Shown: positions 11,066 through 23,988 of the stretch, in pieces
Layout: every line of letters starts with the position of its first letter
How positions within the stretch are numbered: position 1 is the stretch's first letter
Made by a program: the position numbers and the translations under genes
Assembly: GCF_000143415.4 (NCBI RefSeq)
Contig: NW_003314264.1
Span: 2,427,710 to 2,491,709, forward strand
DNA: 64,000 nucleotides
Direction: 5' to 3'
Source: Selaginella moellendorffii
Lineage: Eukaryota; Plantae; Lycopodiophyta
Notes under the pieces: generated by a model
The model's database searches: none
What the model was told of the DNA's origin: nothing
Seen by the model: only the letters and a program-made list of their open reading frames with translations

Positions 11066-12076
11066 ATGAGAAACGTGTTGGTCAAGGACATCCATCATCT
11101 CCAAGACTATCCAGTCTTTGGTTCACAGACATCGGCTTTTGTTACGTTTGGGAGCGTGGGGGAGCTCATGGCCTTCTTGCGACAGCAGCACCCGCTCTGC
11201 CCACACGGCTGCGATAGCTCGGCACTCACCAAGTTTGACTATTTCGAAAACCACATGCTGATCCAGCCGCGCTACAAGTGCACGGTGTGCAAACGGCACT
11301 TCACCCTGGGTGGCACAATACGAGCGAAACGAGCCAAGAAAGAAGATGGCGGTCGTCCAAGGAAGAGACCCAAGAAGGAGCAGCAGCAGAACAAGTCAAG
11401 GGGGCAGTGTCTTCCTCGCGAGATGGTGCCTTCGTCGATGATTCCATCGGCCGCAACCAGTGGGAGTCGCGGTTGTGCATCCCCGCACAGGGCAAGTCGC
11501 GGAGCTTCAAGGAGAACGGCGAGGCCATCACCAAGCACTACAGGTCAATGCCCTAGTCAACTCGTGGTCCGGGATCAGTCGTTGCCAGTCAACGCCTGTG
11601 ACCTCGAGGGATACGTGCAAGACGCGGAGATCTTCCAGGAGGTTGAGAAATTGTGGTGTAAAATGGATTTGGAGGACAAGGGTCCTTCCGTGGAGGACGA
11701 GGAGAAGAACTTTCTCAGGGATTTCAATGTCGATGATGGTGATGATCTAGATTTACTACTGGGTCTTGAGGAGTTCAGCCGGGAGTTCAGCAACCCACAG
11801 GGCCAGGGCACCCGATTCGATTTGGGCGAGGAGCAAAACAATTTTGCCATGGAGCTGGTGTGGCAAATGGAGGAAGAATTTCCCATCCCAGCACTAGACG
11901 AGGAGAATGATTTCGCCATGGAGTTGGAGCGGGAAATTGAGGAAGCATCTATGAAAGCAAAGGAGGAGGCAATGCTTGTATGGAAGGACGAAGTGAGTAA
12001 AATTCGAAATCAAGACAATCTCACATTCACCACAAATCACATTGGTTTTGGAGGTGCCCAAACTCTTAAATGCTGA
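11066..12076 (+). CDS. Atypical Dof-like C2C2 zinc-finger protein, copy 1 (336 aa, intronless)
   Basis: CPHGCDSSALTKFDYFENHMLIQPRYKCTVCKRHFTLGGTIR resembles the Dof consensus CPRC..TKFCYYNNY...QPR.FC..CRRYWT.GG.LR. It is followed by a basic NLS-like tract and an acidic C-terminus. Confidence 0.75.
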   Translation: MRNVLVKDIHHLQDYPVFGSQTSAFVTFGSVGELMAFLRQQHPLCPHGCDSSALTKFDYFENHMLIQPRYKCTVCKRHFTLGGTIRAKRAKKEDGGRPRKRPKKEQQQNKSRGQCLPREMVPSSMIPSAATSGSRGCASPHRASRGASRRTARPSPSTTGQCPSQLVVRDQSLPVNACDLEGYVQDAEIFQEVEKLWCKMDLEDKGPSVEDEEKNFLRDFNVDDGDDLDLLLGLEEFSREFSNPQGQGTRFDLGEEQNNFAMELVWQMEEEFPIPALDEENDFAMELEREIEEASMKAKEEAMLVWKDEVSKIRNQDNLTFTTNHIGFGGAQTLKC

Positions 12077-12404
12077 TCGATCAGCAAAAAATGAATGATA
12101 AATGAAAAGCATTAGCGAATAGAAGTAATTTTGTTTTTGGAACAAGTTCATTACATTATTTGTTATTAGGTGAAGAGTTTTTCGTGAAAAAAGACTCACC
12201 CATCCCTTGTGAAAGAAAGAAAAAAAGAAATTAGGGCGAATTAGGTCTCCATAAGGTCGTCCCCGGAGGCAGAGGAGCCGCGATGCTGTGATTGTCAACC
12301 GAGCAGGTATTCTGGTGGCGCCCTCGCCGACAATGCAGCGATCGTCCTAGCGATCGATCGATCGATCGATCGATCGCTCGCTCGCTCCGGAGAAGAGCAG
12401 AGAA

Positions 12405-12611
12405 ATGATCTGGGCAGGATTCGCGTACGCCGCGGGCGCCGCGATCGGCCACAGCTGCATCGATGCCAGCAGGAAATGGGCGTCCCAGCGCTTCTCGGAC
12501 CGCGAGCTCGTAGCTCTGGTGGCTCTCCTGGACGCGCTGCTCCTCTCCTCCATGGCGCTCCTCTCCGGCGGCTTCGATCTCTTCTCTTTGACGCGGCTGG
12601 ACACCGAGTAC
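12405..12611 (+). pseudogene. EamA/DMT transporter 5' fragment fused out of frame to RING-CH copy 2
   Basis: MIWAGFAYAAG...DTEY matches the gene starting at 43003, then switches to RING-CH sequence. Confidence 0.85.
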
Positions 12612-13920
12612 TTCGTCTGCTTCGTCGACAGGGGCCGCGGCAGTGAGTCCAGATGCCACTAGAGAAAATTTGATCTCGTCATCAAAGGTAGAACTTTTCT
12701 TTCTTTCTTTCATCGTCAACTTTGTCATCTCGTCTTCGCAGGACAAGCAGATCAAACGCTCCAGGTCGGCGCTCGATGGTCACCAAAAGGAGAAGAAGCT
12801 CACCCGGCTTTACTCCGGAACGTTTCTCGTCAAGCCGACCACTCCTCGTCCTCGTCCCCGGGAAACTTCACAAGGAGACGATGGAGCCCAAGACACTGAC
12901 CATGCCAACGACACCCAAGGTACGTAAACTTCCTATGATCAAGTTCATGGAGACCATGGTTCCATGATCTGAAAGTTTCAAAACTTTTAGACGGCGAGGC
13001 CGAGGAGATCCCGGAGGAGGAAGCAGTGTGCCGCATTTGCGTGTGCGATCTGGGAGAGGAGGGCAAGACGCTCAAGCTCGAGTTTAGCTGCAAAGGGGAG
13101 CTGGCGCTGGCTCACGAGGAGTGCGCTCTCAAGTGGTTTGGGATCCGAGGCAACCGCGAGTGCGATGTTTGTGGCCAGGAGGTCGTCAATCTCCCCGTCA
13201 CGCTCGTCAGGCTCCAGCAAAACCAAAACAATATCAACGCTGAAACTCAAGTTCTCCAGCAAGCTCAAATGGCGCAAATGAGTGCTCTCAACAGGTAGAT
13301 TCGTCCATCTCGCTCTATACTTTTGTAGATTCCATGGTGTTCTTCCAGGATTTGGCATGACGTTCCCGTGCTCGTCATGATCATCATGCTCACGTACTTT
13401 TGCCTCCTCGAGCAGCTACTGGTGATAATTCTCTGATGATTTCGATTGATTTGCGAAGTTCTTGGATGGATTTCTTTGTTGCCTACTACAGGTGAGACGA
13501 AAGGGCCCTCGAGCATTGATGCTAGCTCTGCCATTCGCCGTCATGTTTGGAATGCTCACTGCCATCACAGCATCAACGCTTGGTAAGATTTCGTTTCTCT
13601 CTCTTTCTCTCGAGCTCCTGTTTGTAACAATAGATTCTTTCGACGCACAGTGAGGCGGCGTTGTATGTGGCTCTTTGCCATCTTTCAGGTCGGTTTTGTC
13701 ATACTATTTGCGCATGTTTTGTAAGATCACTCTCTTAAAACTTTTTTAGCTCTTATTTCAATCCATGATCCAGATGAAGTTGAACCCAATCTTGTCAATT
13801 TCGCTGGCCGGTTTTGCGGGATTCGGATTGTCCATGATCGTGAATGCTCTCCTCCTGGAATGTTGGAGCTGTAGAACAAGAGCAGCGCGACAAGAAGACG
13901 CAAGCGAAGATATCGTGTAA
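12612..13920 (+). pseudogene. RING-CH E3 ligase, copy 2, disabled
   Basis: 5'-truncated. A zinc-ligand Cys is changed to Phe (LEFSCKG), and there is a small deletion at an exon end (~13720). Confidence 0.85.
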
Positions 13921-13936
13921 ATATGTACTGTAATTC

Positions 13937-14726
13937 TCACACACTTGTTTTGTGATAGAACAAAATGTATGCATCGCTCGAGCACCTCGATAGCTCAAAA
14001 ATCTCTTCCACCACCTCATCGTCAAAGCTGTACCACTTTCCATTTGGAAGTTTGATGGTTGCCGTGTAGTGCCCATAGTCGGAGTCTCCCATATGGTTAA
14101 TCAATCCATACAGTTTGTACTCCTGTTCCCAAAGTGTCAAAATCTGTGGAAACTCCACCGTGGTGTCGATCTTCTCCACACTCCCCGAAGAATCGCACTT
14201 AAACCTTGCCAAATGGAGGATCAAATTCCGTGGGAGCTTCCCAAGCTCCAGTTTCTTGACAGCGTCCTTTTGGTTTCTCTTGCACTTTGGGCAGTGCCAG
14301 GAATCCAAAACATCGTCTTTGGTGTACTCCCGGATGCATGATTCCAGAGAAACCGGCTGCGCCGTCTCATGGACTGGCAGCGAGAGAGAGGTGAAAGATT
14401 CAGGCGTGGAGGAGACCATGTTGGAGCACTTCGGGCATTTCACTGTGGATTTGGTTTGGCCCTCGAAGAAATCTGCGAATTCTTGATCCAGGACACCCAA
14501 AAGAAAATCGAGATACTCCTGTGCGTCCTGCTGGACGCTCGGATTTGTCAGCTTTGGCCCTGGTTTTACAGACTTGCTTGCGTTATTCCAAATCGCCCTC
14601 ACCACTTTCCTAAACTCGATTGCTATCTCACCTCTTACGCTGTCTGATTTGAAGAAGAAGCTAGAGAGCTCCGGCGTGTGAGCAACGCACTGTAAAGCAC
14701 TGTTGGTTTTGAAAGCCCACAGCCAT
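13937..14726 (-). pseudogene. USP deubiquitinase, copy 2, disabled
   Basis: A 20-nt deletion removes the catalytic Cys box and shifts the frame (~14705). There is also a 60-nt in-frame deletion. Confidence 0.88.
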
Positions 14727-17481
14727 TTTCCTTGCACACAACCCAAAAGAAAACCTAGAATATTTAAAGAAAACAAGCAGACATTATAAAATAATAAAAT
14801 TATCAATTCTACATTTTTATAATAAATTTTAAATGGAGAGTTATTCATGATAAATGATAATATTAAATTTATTTGTAAAATACCTATAAATTATTTTTAA
14901 TTGTATTATAAGCTTATATACAAACACATTTCACATTATAAAATTAAACTTCACTACTCAAATACATGATTTAAAATTATATAAAAGATTAAAATTATAG
15001 TGATTTTTAATAGTAAAAAAATATATAAAAATAGTTTATTTGCTATAAATAAATAACAAACTCTTGCTACCCTTACTCTTGTAATAGCAAATATTTCACG
15101 ATTTTATTTTTTGTATTTTAGCTAATTGAGTAAGTCATTGACATCATACAACCAAATTAAAACAAAATAAAAAATAAATTCAATATGTAATAATTATCTT
15201 CTAATATAATTATATTTTAGGTTATAAGAGTAACTTTAAAAGTTTTAAGTACTAGTTTTATAAGGATTTTTTACACACTCTTGACAACAGTTTCTATAAT
15301 TAAGAAAATGGGATAAAAACCATTATTACAAATTTTGAAAGATTGTATTTTTTCTTGTAACATTCAAAAATTCATAAGGGAAAGCATATGTATGAGAAGT
15401 TAAAAACCATAGATTTTCTTAGGATAATTGACAAAAATATGTAAATGATGGTGGAAGAAAATGCATGATACTTTTTATCTTTAAACTTTATAGTTTTAAT
15501 AAATTTAAACATCCTTAATATATATGTAGTGCATGGTAATATTACTAAAAAATATTTTTTTTCAGATGTAGTATAATATATCTCCTATATAATCGTAACA
15601 CACAAAACATTTTAATTTTATTCTTCAACATTACATTCCATCTAGCTAAATTCTCTTTAATATCCTTTTTAGTATATTATCTAAAAAAGAAAAGGTTTTA
15701 ATGATCTAATACTTTTTTTGCTAAAGGCTTTTCTTTATTTGGATGCCTTTTATGCTAAATAATGTATCAAGCTCAACTGCTATATTATCTTTCTTGTGAT
15801 ATAAAAATTTGATTTTGTGGCAAATACATCAACATAAGAAACAATTGCATAATGCTGCAAGACTAGAGGGACCAAGAGTGACAAGCAAATCAACTTGTAT
15901 CACTTACATTGTGGTTTAATGCCTTGAAAGCATGTAATAATTGAAGATTAATTCAAGAATCTACAAGACTGGTTACAAGAGTGAAAGGAATCAAAACCAA
16001 TGGTTCATATTATCCCCAAGATCTCAGAAGACCATCACAAAGATGTTGAAGATTGCTTAAGTACATCTGGTTGGCTAGTTGCACTTAATATATAGAGATC
16101 CACTTGCATGGGATCTGGCATTGGTTGATCCTTACGACACTGCATCGTGAAAGCGTAAAAAGCAAAAGAGAGAAAGCAGAAATGAGAAACGAATAATATA
16201 TTATCGAAGGTGACAATTATAACTGGGAATCTAAAACTCATGTGTTAAACTTGTGGCGGTCGTGTGGAGTGGAGTAGTCGATGACGCTTCCAACAGGGAT
16301 GACGCCATACGGATTGATGGAGGGATGACTTCCGTAGTAGTGCTTTTTGATGTGGTCCATGCGGACGGTGTCCGAGATCCCATCCATCTGGTACACGTCC
16401 TTGACGAAGTTGAAGAGGTTTGGGTACTCACGGATCAGCTTCTTGTTGCACTTGAAATGAACAACATAAACCTGGCATAGGTAATGAATTTGAATAAAAC
16501 TTCGAGAGAAAGCAAGAAAAAAAAACACCCCAGAGCTTACTTCGTCGAATCTTATGAGCGTCTTGAAGAGCCGGAGATCTGCCTCGGTGAAAACGTTTCC
16601 GCACAGATACCTCTGCTTTGAGAGGATATCCTCGCAGCGATCCAGCGCATTGAACAGAGCCTCAAACGCCTGCGACAAGTAAAAGAACTTGGATTCATGG
16701 CTTCCGAACGAAGAAAAACTAAAGAAGAAAGGTTCTGAAGATTTACCTCCTCATAAGGCTTCTGCTTGGTTGCAAAGCCACAGCGATAAACTCCGTTGTT
16801 GATGGAGTCATACACCCAAGCGTTCACTTCATCAATCTTGGCCTGGAGATCTCTCGGGTAAAGGTCGAAGTCGGGACGCTTTGCAAGATGGTTGAACTCG
16901 CTGTTGAGCATGCGGATGATATCAGAGCTCTCATTGTTCACGATAGTTTTCTTTGCTTTGTCCCAAAGAACCTGTTTACGTCAGGCTATCAAGCTCTGAA
17001 AACCTTGAAAGGAAAGAAAGAAACGAAGAAAGAAAGGTAGCAAGTACTCACGGGAACAGTGTACTTTCCAGTGTAGTTTGGATTGGCGATGTCGTAGAGT
17101 TCACGGACAGTCTTGGCATTGTTTATGGTGTCAGGCTGAGCACCAGGTTCCTCGTTGTCAGAGGAAGGAAACGTCCATCCAAAGTGACTCTCGCCTTCTT
17201 TGGTTCTCTCCCACTTTGGTTTTGTGGACTACACGTTACGAGAGAAAGGTGTGAAGATCATCCTCAAGAAAACAAAAGAAGAAGCTTCTAGCACTTAGAA
17301 TTGTCCAAAGCAACAAGGATACACGCCAACCATATGAAGCACAAGAATCGAAGAAAACAACACTTAGTTGTCACAAACAAACCATATGAAACACAGGAAA
17401 TCAAAGAAAACGCTAGCTTCATGCAAGCGCGAGAAAGCTTCTTAACTTCCAAAAGAAAGACGGAAATTTCTTTGACATACC

Positions 17482-20400
17482 TGTTACACGACACACCCTC
17501 GCCACGTGTCCATTAGGGTTTTCCTGTTCTGTCCGCTAGCGCGGTGCGCTTTGATCCCGATTTGTCTCATGGTATCGGAGCTGGGATAGCGCTATGGAAG
17601 GAAAGCCATCCATCCGCGAGTTTGATGGAGAAGGGTTTGAGGGATTCAAGATCCATCTTGAATCCTATCTCTTGTTTCATGGTTTGTTGGGGATTGTAGA
17701 TGGGACAGAGTCATCACCGGCTCCAGGCTCTAGCACTGCTGAGGTGCGTGATTGGAACCTTCGGGATTCCAAGGCTAGAGGGAGTATTGTGATGTGCTTG
17801 TCCTCAAATGTTCTCTTTGCTGCCCCATCAATTCCAAAGTCCACTGCGGCAGAGCTTTGGAAGTGGCTGAGTGACACTTATGGCACCAAGAGTGAAATGG
17901 ATGTCTTCAACATCCATTCACAAATGGATTCCTTGAGGCTAGAGGAAAATGGCAGTATCCAGACTCACACTGCCAAGCTCCAGGGCTTCTTCACACAACT
18001 TGCAGCTGCTGGGGCGAAGCACTGTCTCACGGATGAGCAGCAGAGGCTGCGGCTCTACAGGTCCTTGCCAGCGAGCTGGAAGAATGCAGTTGAGAGCCTG
18101 CTTCTCCAACCAGGGATGACTTGGGCAGATGCCGTGAGGAGTCTTCGCAACATTGAGGCCATGCGAAGCGAGAGAGCTGAAATGCCACAGGCTATGTATG
18201 CTTCGCAGGCTTCTGGTGATGCCCAGGTGGCAAAACCGCATGCAGCTGCAAATGCCCAGAAAGGGCAAAATTCCGTGGCATCTGGGCGTGCCAAGCCCAG
18301 ACTTGCTAAGAATCAGTGTGCTCGCTGCTTGGAGATGGGCCACTGGGCTCGAGATTGCCCTGCTCCCAAGCCTGTCAAGCGACTAGCTACGTTGGCGAAA
18401 GCTAATTTGCTTGAGCGTGATGGAATTGCTACTGCAAATGAGGCTGTTGAGGAGCTCTACAACGCAGAGGCAATTGCTGCACCAAGCCGGTGGCTCTTAG
18501 ACTCTGGTTGTACTAATCTTATGAGCAATAAGAAGAGTCTTTTTGAGTGTTATCAGCCGAGCATTGGAAAACGTGGTGTTCATTTAGGTGACAATACCAC
18601 CATCCCTGTGGACGGCATCGGGCAATTCCGGCTCTCACTCGATCATGGGAGGACCATGGCTTTTGATGGTGCCATGCATGTTTCCACCCTACGACGAAAC
18701 TTAATGTCCGTCGCCAAGATATGTGATCAAAATGCGGTGGTAGTCTTTGATGCAAAGGGAGTCTCTTTAGTTGACTCTAGCGACTTTCATATGCTTGGTA
18801 CACAGTTGCTTCGTGGGTCACGCATTGGGGACTTGTATGAGATTACTGCTGTCGACCCAGTTCAGGCCTTTCAGACTGTGGAGGCAGATTCTCGTGCGGA
18901 GCTTTGGCATAAAAGACTCGGTCATGTTCATTACCAATCTCTTCAACGGATGAAATCCCAAGATATTGTTACTGGATTGGATTTCCGACGTATCCCATCT
19001 ACATTTTGTGAAGCTTGTGTTTTAGGCAAGCATCACCGCCGGAATTTCTCACCGAGTAAGCATCGAGCACTTGGACTTCTGGACTTAGTCCATTCTGATC
19101 TTTGCGGCCCCATGGACGTGCCAAGTCACGATGGCGCAAGATATTTCATCACATTCATTGATGACTATAGCCGTCGAACATGCATCCACTTCTTGATGCG
19201 TAAGAGTGATGCAGTTGCTGCCTTTCAAACGTACAAGGCATACGTTGAAAACCTCCTTGGTCGAAAGATAAAAGCTCTTCGAGTTGATGGTGGTGGTGAA
19301 TACCTCAACAATGAGCTTCGGGGCATTTGTCGTGATGTAGGCATACAACTGCAAGCTACAGCCCGCTACACCCCCCAGCAAAATGGTGTTGCAGAAAGAA
19401 AGAATCGTACTCTTGTCAATGCTGCTCGTGCTTTGTTAGCCGATGCACATCTTGACAAGATGTTTTGGCAAGAGGCCATAGCCACAGCAATGCATGTACA
19501 AAATCGCCTTGCCACGGCTGCTTTGGATGGAAAAACCCCTGAGGCATTTTGGACAGGTTCTACTCCTGATGTGTCCCACTTTCGGGTCTTTGGTTGTGCA
19601 GCATACGCACATACCCCTGATCAACTTCGGAAAAAGCTAGATCCCAAGAGTAAAAAATTCATCTTCGTGGGATATGCACAAGACGACACTATCGGGAGAA
19701 AAGCTTACAAGTTGTGGGATCTCGCATCTCACAAGGCTCTTGTAAGCACAGATGTCATGTTCAATGAAGATGACTTTCCCATGCGTACAGAGGCTCTTCA
19801 AGATCCTTCTTTTATTGCTGAGACTCGACTTGTTCCTTTGATCCCACTTATGGGAGATGGTCCACTCTTGCCTCCGCCTCAAGATCCTCTTCATGAGTTG
19901 CCACCAGAGATTCCATTGGGGAATCCTCCACTTCTGGACATGCTTGAACCAGCTGATGCTCCTCTAGTTGAGGACAGGCCTCCGACACCTCCACCACCTT
20001 GTCGACGTCGTGGCATGCCTGATCCGATGCCAGTTCTTGATCACCCCCAGGAACGTCGGCCCTCGTTAAAAGTCCGGGAAAATGCTGAAGCAGATGCTGC
20101 AGAGCTTGATGACTTTTATGGCTTTGTTGACATCGGCATCCCCATGACCTATGATGAGGCCATCTCAGGACCTGAGGCTTCATCTTGGATGGAAGCTATT
20201 GCGGAAGAAGTTTCTTCCATTCGGGCTAACGGAACTTATGTTCCAGTTGATTCAGCACCACCGGGACGACGTGTTTTGGATCCAAAATGGATTTTCTCCA
20301 AAAAGTATGGGAAAGATGGCCAGGTTGTACGTTATAAGGCACGGTTGGTTGTTCGCGGTTTTCGCCAAGTCCATGGCCTTGACTACGATGAAACATTCTC

Positions 20401-21790
20401 ACCGGTTGTAAAAATGGCCAGCCTCCGTACTCTTTTTGCCCTTGCGGCTGCTCGCAAATGGCCAGTCCACCATATGGATGTCAAAACTGCATTTCTGAAT
20501 GGGGATTTGCAAGAGGACATCTATATGCATATACCTCCTGGTTTTGAGGACGATGTTGCCCCTGGTGGCCCTATATGGCAATTGCGGAAAGCTTTGTATG
20601 GCTTAAAACAGAGCTCCCGTATTTGGTATCAAAAATTTGATGCCACCCTACGTGCTCAAGGCTTTCGTCGCTGTCATGCTGATCACAATGTGTATGTCAA
20701 TGGTCATGCTGAGTGCATGGTTATTGTGGCCCTCTACGTTGATGATTTGCTCATCATGGGTGATGACAACGATGCCATTGCTGCTCTGAAAGATGCCCTC
20801 AGCCAGCAATTCCAGATGAAGGACCTTGGCCGAGTCTCCTACTTTCTTGGCTTTGAAGTCACACGTGACCCTGATTCTGGTGGCTACATGCTTAGCCAAC
20901 GCCGTAAAGTCGAAGTCTTGCTGGATCGGTTTGGTATGCGTGATTGCCACCCCGTCAAGACCCCGATGGTCGTTGGCGCTATCGACCTCACAGTTGAGCA
21001 GTCTGGTGAGCCTCTACCCACTGGGACTCCCTATCGGCATCTCATTGGTTGCCTCACATATTTGGCCCTAATGACTCGCCCCGACATCACATATGCGACT
21101 ATTGCCTTGAGTCAGTACAACACATCACCAACCACCATACATTGGCAAGCTGCCAAGCGTATTGTAAGATACCTCCGGGGCACTATGGACTATGGCATTG
21201 CTTATTCAGGGGGTGATGCATCATTAGCATGCTACACGGATGCTAGTTTTGCCAACAACAAAGGTCATCGCTCGACTTCTGGCATTTGCCTTTCCTTCTC
21301 AGGAGGTGCCATCACGTGGGCCTCCAAGCGACAATCTGTGGTGGCCCTTTCTAGTGCAGAAGCGGAGTACATCGCACTCACTACTGGTAGCAGGGACGTG
21401 GTCTGGGCTCGAGGGTTACTTGCCGAGCTGGGATGTGCACAAGATGGCCCCACTACTTCTTGGTGTGACAACCGAAGCAGCATTGCCATGTCCAAGAACC
21501 CCGTCCACCATGCCCGCTCGAAGCACATTGAAGTCCAATTTCACTACGTGCGTGAGTTGGTTGACGGTGGCACCCTCGCCGTCCAACATCTCGGGACACA
21601 GGATATGCCAGCCGATCTTCTCACTAAGCCGTTGGGGCCACACCAGTTTCAGCTCCTACGTGACAGATTTGGTTTGGTGAGTGGCTTCGGTTTGGGGGGG
21701 AGTGTTACACGACACACCCTCGCCACGTGTCCATTAGGGTTTTCCTGTTCTGTCCGCTAGCGCGGTGCGCTTTGATCCCGATTTGTCTCA
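17482..21790 (+). mobile_element. Intact Ty1/Copia LTR retrotransposon with identical 88-bp LTRs
   Basis: LTRs 17482-17569 and 21703-21790 are identical. 5-bp TSD ATACC, PBS TGGTATCGGAGC (tRNA-iMet) at 17570, PPT GGGGGGGAG before the 3' LTR. Confidence 0.98.
17594..21760 (+). CDS. Copia gag-pol polyprotein (1388 aa)
   Basis: CCHC knuckle [14 protein letters not shown], protease WLLDSGCT, integrase HKRLGH...HSDLCGP...[20 protein letters not shown], RNase H YTDAS...EAEYIA...ADLLTK. No stops. Confidence 0.97.
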   Translation: MEGKPSIREFDGEGFEGFKIHLESYLLFHGLLGIVDGTESSPAPGSSTAEVRDWNLRDSKARGSIVMCLSSNVLFAAPSIPKSTAAELWKWLSDTYGTKSEMDVFNIHSQMDSLRLEENGSIQTHTAKLQGFFTQLAAAGAKHCLTDEQQRLRLYRSLPASWKNAVESLLLQPGMTWADAVRSLRNIEAMRSERAEMPQAMYASQASGDAQVAKPHAAANAQKGQNSVASGRAKPRLAKNQCARCLEMGHWARDCPAPKPVKRLATLAKANLLERDGIATANEAVEELYNAEAIAAPSRWLLDSGCTNLMSNKKSLFECYQPSIGKRGVHLGDNTTIPVDGIGQFRLSLDHGRTMAFDGAMHVSTLRRNLMSVAKICDQNAVVVFDAKGVSLVDSSDFHMLGTQLLRGSRIGDLYEITAVDPVQAFQTVEADSRAELWHKRLGHVHYQSLQRMKSQDIVTGLDFRRIPSTFCEACVLGKHHRRNFSPSKHRALGLLDLVHSDLCGPMDVPSHDGARYFITFIDDYSRRTCIHFLMRKSDAVAAFQTYKAYVENLLGRKIKALRVDGGGEYLNNELRGICRDVGIQLQATARYTPQQNGVAERKNRTLVNAARALLADAHLDKMFWQEAIATAMHVQNRLATAALDGKTPEAFWTGSTPDVSHFRVFGCAAYAHTPDQLRKKLDPKSKKFIFVGYAQDDTIGRKAYKLWDLASHKALVSTDVMFNEDDFPMRTEALQDPSFIAETRLVPLIPLMGDGPLLPPPQDPLHELPPEIPLGNPPLLDMLEPADAPLVEDRPPTPPPPCRRRGMPDPMPVLDHPQERRPSLKVRENAEADAAELDDFYGFVDIGIPMTYDEAISGPEASSWMEAIAEEVSSIRANGTYVPVDSAPPGRRVLDPKWIFSKKYGKDGQVVRYKARLVVRGFRQVHGLDYDETFSPVVKMASLRTLFALAAARKWPVHHMDVKTAFLNGDLQEDIYMHIPPGFEDDVAPGGPIWQLRKALYGLKQSSRIWYQKFDATLRAQGFRRCHADHNVYVNGHAECMVIVALYVDDLLIMGDDNDAIAALKDALSQQFQMKDLGRVSYFLGFEVTRDPDSGGYMLSQRRKVEVLLDRFGMRDCHPVKTPMVVGAIDLTVEQSGEPLPTGTPYRHLIGCLTYLALMTRPDITYATIALSQYNTSPTTIHWQAAKRIVRYLRGTMDYGIAYSGGDASLACYTDASFANNKGHRSTSGICLSFSGGAITWASKRQSVVALSSAEAEYIALTTGSRDVVWARGLLAELGCAQDGPTTSWCDNRSSIAMSKNPVHHARSKHIEVQFHYVRELVDGGTLAVQHLGTQDMPADLLTKPLGPHQFQLLRDRFGLVSGFGLGGSVTRHTLATCPLGFSCSVR

Positions 21791-21913
21791 ATACCGTGAC
21801 GCCAATAGCATGGTCTAAGCCCTTGAGCTTGAGCGTAGCGAAGCACCGGGAAGCCCAGGGACACGCATACGAGATGTAGAGATGGTACCTATCGGCCATG
21901 GCCGGAATATCAC

Positions 21914-23680
21914 GCCCAGCGATGGCGATGGCGTCTCCCGGCGTGGAATCTGGGAAGCACGAGCTTGTATTCCACGCTCATGGGTATGTTCTTGCGAAAT
22001 GTAGGTGGATTGAGCTGGAGACATGGATTTTCTATCTCCAGACAAGCATGCGCCCATTCCCGACGATATTTTGCGAATTTTGGAGAAGAGAATGATCTCT
22101 ATTGAAGACCGCCATGCCTGCCTTTCCAAAGCGCTTCTAGAGGTTAAGTGTAGATTCGGATTTCGTCCTTGAAAATGCGATCGTGAATGATTTCAGCCTG
22201 GGATTGCGTCAGACGAGCTCATCAAGATGAACAAGGAGCTTCGCAAGCTGGATTACTCCGTGGATATGATCAAGGCGCTGAGAGCCAAAGAAAAGGTTTG
22301 ACGTCGAAAGTTTGGAAAAAGAAGACTCTTTGGTTGAATGCAGGAAGTAATTGGCTTGAAAGAATTGGTAAAAGAGTCCGTTGAAGACGAAGAAATGCGT
22401 AGGCTGGCCTCTGGAGAACTTCAAACGGCCACCAGAGAAGTGAGAGATGCTCAGCACGATGTTCTCCTGGAGCTTATTCCTAAGGATGAAGCTGATAGCA
22501 GAGGTTATATTCTCGAAGTCAGAGCAGGCAAGTGCAACCCATAAGCTTGATGTTTGATATGTTTTATCTAATTTTTAGGAGCTGGAGGTGACGAAGCGTC
22601 AATTTTTGCGTCTGATCTCTTCAAGATGTAGGCACGTCTTTCTGGTTCATGTCGAATGCTTATTGGATTTCTATGAATGCTCTCAGGTATGAGAAATACA
22701 CTGCAAACAACTCATGGAGGTTTGAAGTTCTGAGCATTACTACCACCGACACCCGAGGTTACAAGGTAACTATCCGGTTCTCCACCGGCGTATCTGAGCT
22801 TGTCTTTATAGGAGGCTAGTGCTGTAATATCTGGAGATGGTGTTTATGGAGCTCTGAAGTTCGAAAGTGGCGTTCATCGCGTCCAGGTACGAAAGTAATT
22901 ACCGTGGTTTCATTTTTTTTATATGCATCCGTGTGCAGCGTGTTCCTGTCACTGAGAAGGCTGGGCGTATACACACAAGTACTGCGTCAGTCGCTATTCT
23001 TCCCGAAGCGAATGAGGTTCACTCCAGGTTTACTAAATCTTTGCACTTGCATAGACCATTGATACATGTTTTTTTTCTCTCGTTTTTCTGTTGCTGAAGT
23101 TTGACTATGCTGACAGGTTGATGTCGAGATCCGTAATGACGAGATAAAGATAGACACTTACCGAGCTGGTGGAGCCGGTGGACAGCATGTAAATACTACC
23201 TGCAGCGCAGTCCGAGTTACTCACGCTCCAACAGGTATCGTGGTCGCAATCCAAGACGAACGCTCTCAACACAAGGTAGGCCCTTCAACACCCGTGCTTT
23301 GCTACAACTGAGTTGAGATTGTATAGAACAAAGCAAAAGCTTTGAGTATTTTATATGCTAGGCTGTACGAGCTCGAGCGGTCCCGAGCAGCGGCAAGTCG
23401 GTCTGAATTACGACAAGATCAGGTAATTCAGTTTATTGTCGCAGAACGTTATTTTTTCTATTTTTATAAATTGTCACTCCAGATCGGCTCAAGCGACAGA
23501 TCGGAGCGCATAAGAACGTATAACTTTCCCCAAGGTCGGGTAACTGATCATCAAGTGGGAGTGACGCAACACGCGATTGAGCAAATTATGGAGGGGATTG
23601 GTCTGGAAATTTTTGTGAATGTGCTCAAGATGCAGCACGAAGCGAGCGCTTTGGCGTCGCTCAAATCTGCAGCAGCTTGA
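21914..23680 (+). pseudogene. prfA: Release factor 1, copy 2, start codon and promoter deleted
   Basis: Body carries PVT and GGQ motifs, but the first codons were removed by the deletion joining it to GHR exon 1 (CAC|GCCCAGC at 21913/21914). Confidence 0.82.
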
Positions 23681-23988
23681 CTACCCATAAGTTTCACTGT
23701 TTTTTTTTCTTCCTATGTTTTTTTTACCGTGTCAGATGTTGACAATTGGAAGCATTTGTTTGAACGTCAGGTGAGTGTTCTATTATAAATGGCAACAGCA
23801 CTGACTTGTTTCCATGCACAGGACCGTCATCGGATCAATGTGCGTGGACGGCACGAAGCTGATCATGTAGGCCTCTTTCGTACGACGATGTGAGCTAAAA
23901 AATGGAGTGGGGGAAGTCAGAGGTGCCAGGCCACCTACTTAAACGTTTCTCCTGAAAGAATCAACATCTTGGTCAGTAGCAGAGGAGG

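Larger units (their letters stand above)
60..12611. repeat. Tandem segmental duplication, copy 1 (RING-CH, USP, GHR, RF1, OFP, Dof-like, EamA 5' part)
   Basis: Same gene order and near-identical sequence recur at 12612-27258 and 27259-43964. At 59/60 EamA intron sequence (...GACTCCTGCGT) joins RING-CH exon sequence (CAATGCTC...). Confidence 0.97.
16238..21913 (-). pseudogene. GHR copy 2, with Copia in intron 1 and no start codon
   Basis: Exons at 16238-17228 match copy 1. The exon 1 remnant (21795-21913) is truncated by a ~280 bp deletion. Confidence 0.88.

Noticed and set aside
11130-11330. Resemblance of the Dof-like finger to IS1595-type transposase zinc ribbons
   Set aside because: No DDE domain or terminal repeats, and the TKF.Y..N...QPRY..C..C.R..T.GG pattern fits Dof better.
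12340-12385. (GATC)n palindromic microsatellite upstream of EamA (also ~26240, ~42955)
   Set aside because: Simple repeat with length variation; similar short tracts occur elsewhere (~50695, ~54240) with no evidence of a specific function.
17570-17581. Copia as the helper for Cassandra because both have the PBS TGGTATCGGAGC and 5-bp TSDs
   Set aside because: Met PBS and 5-bp TSD are the commonest states in plants, and there is no LTR or internal similarity.
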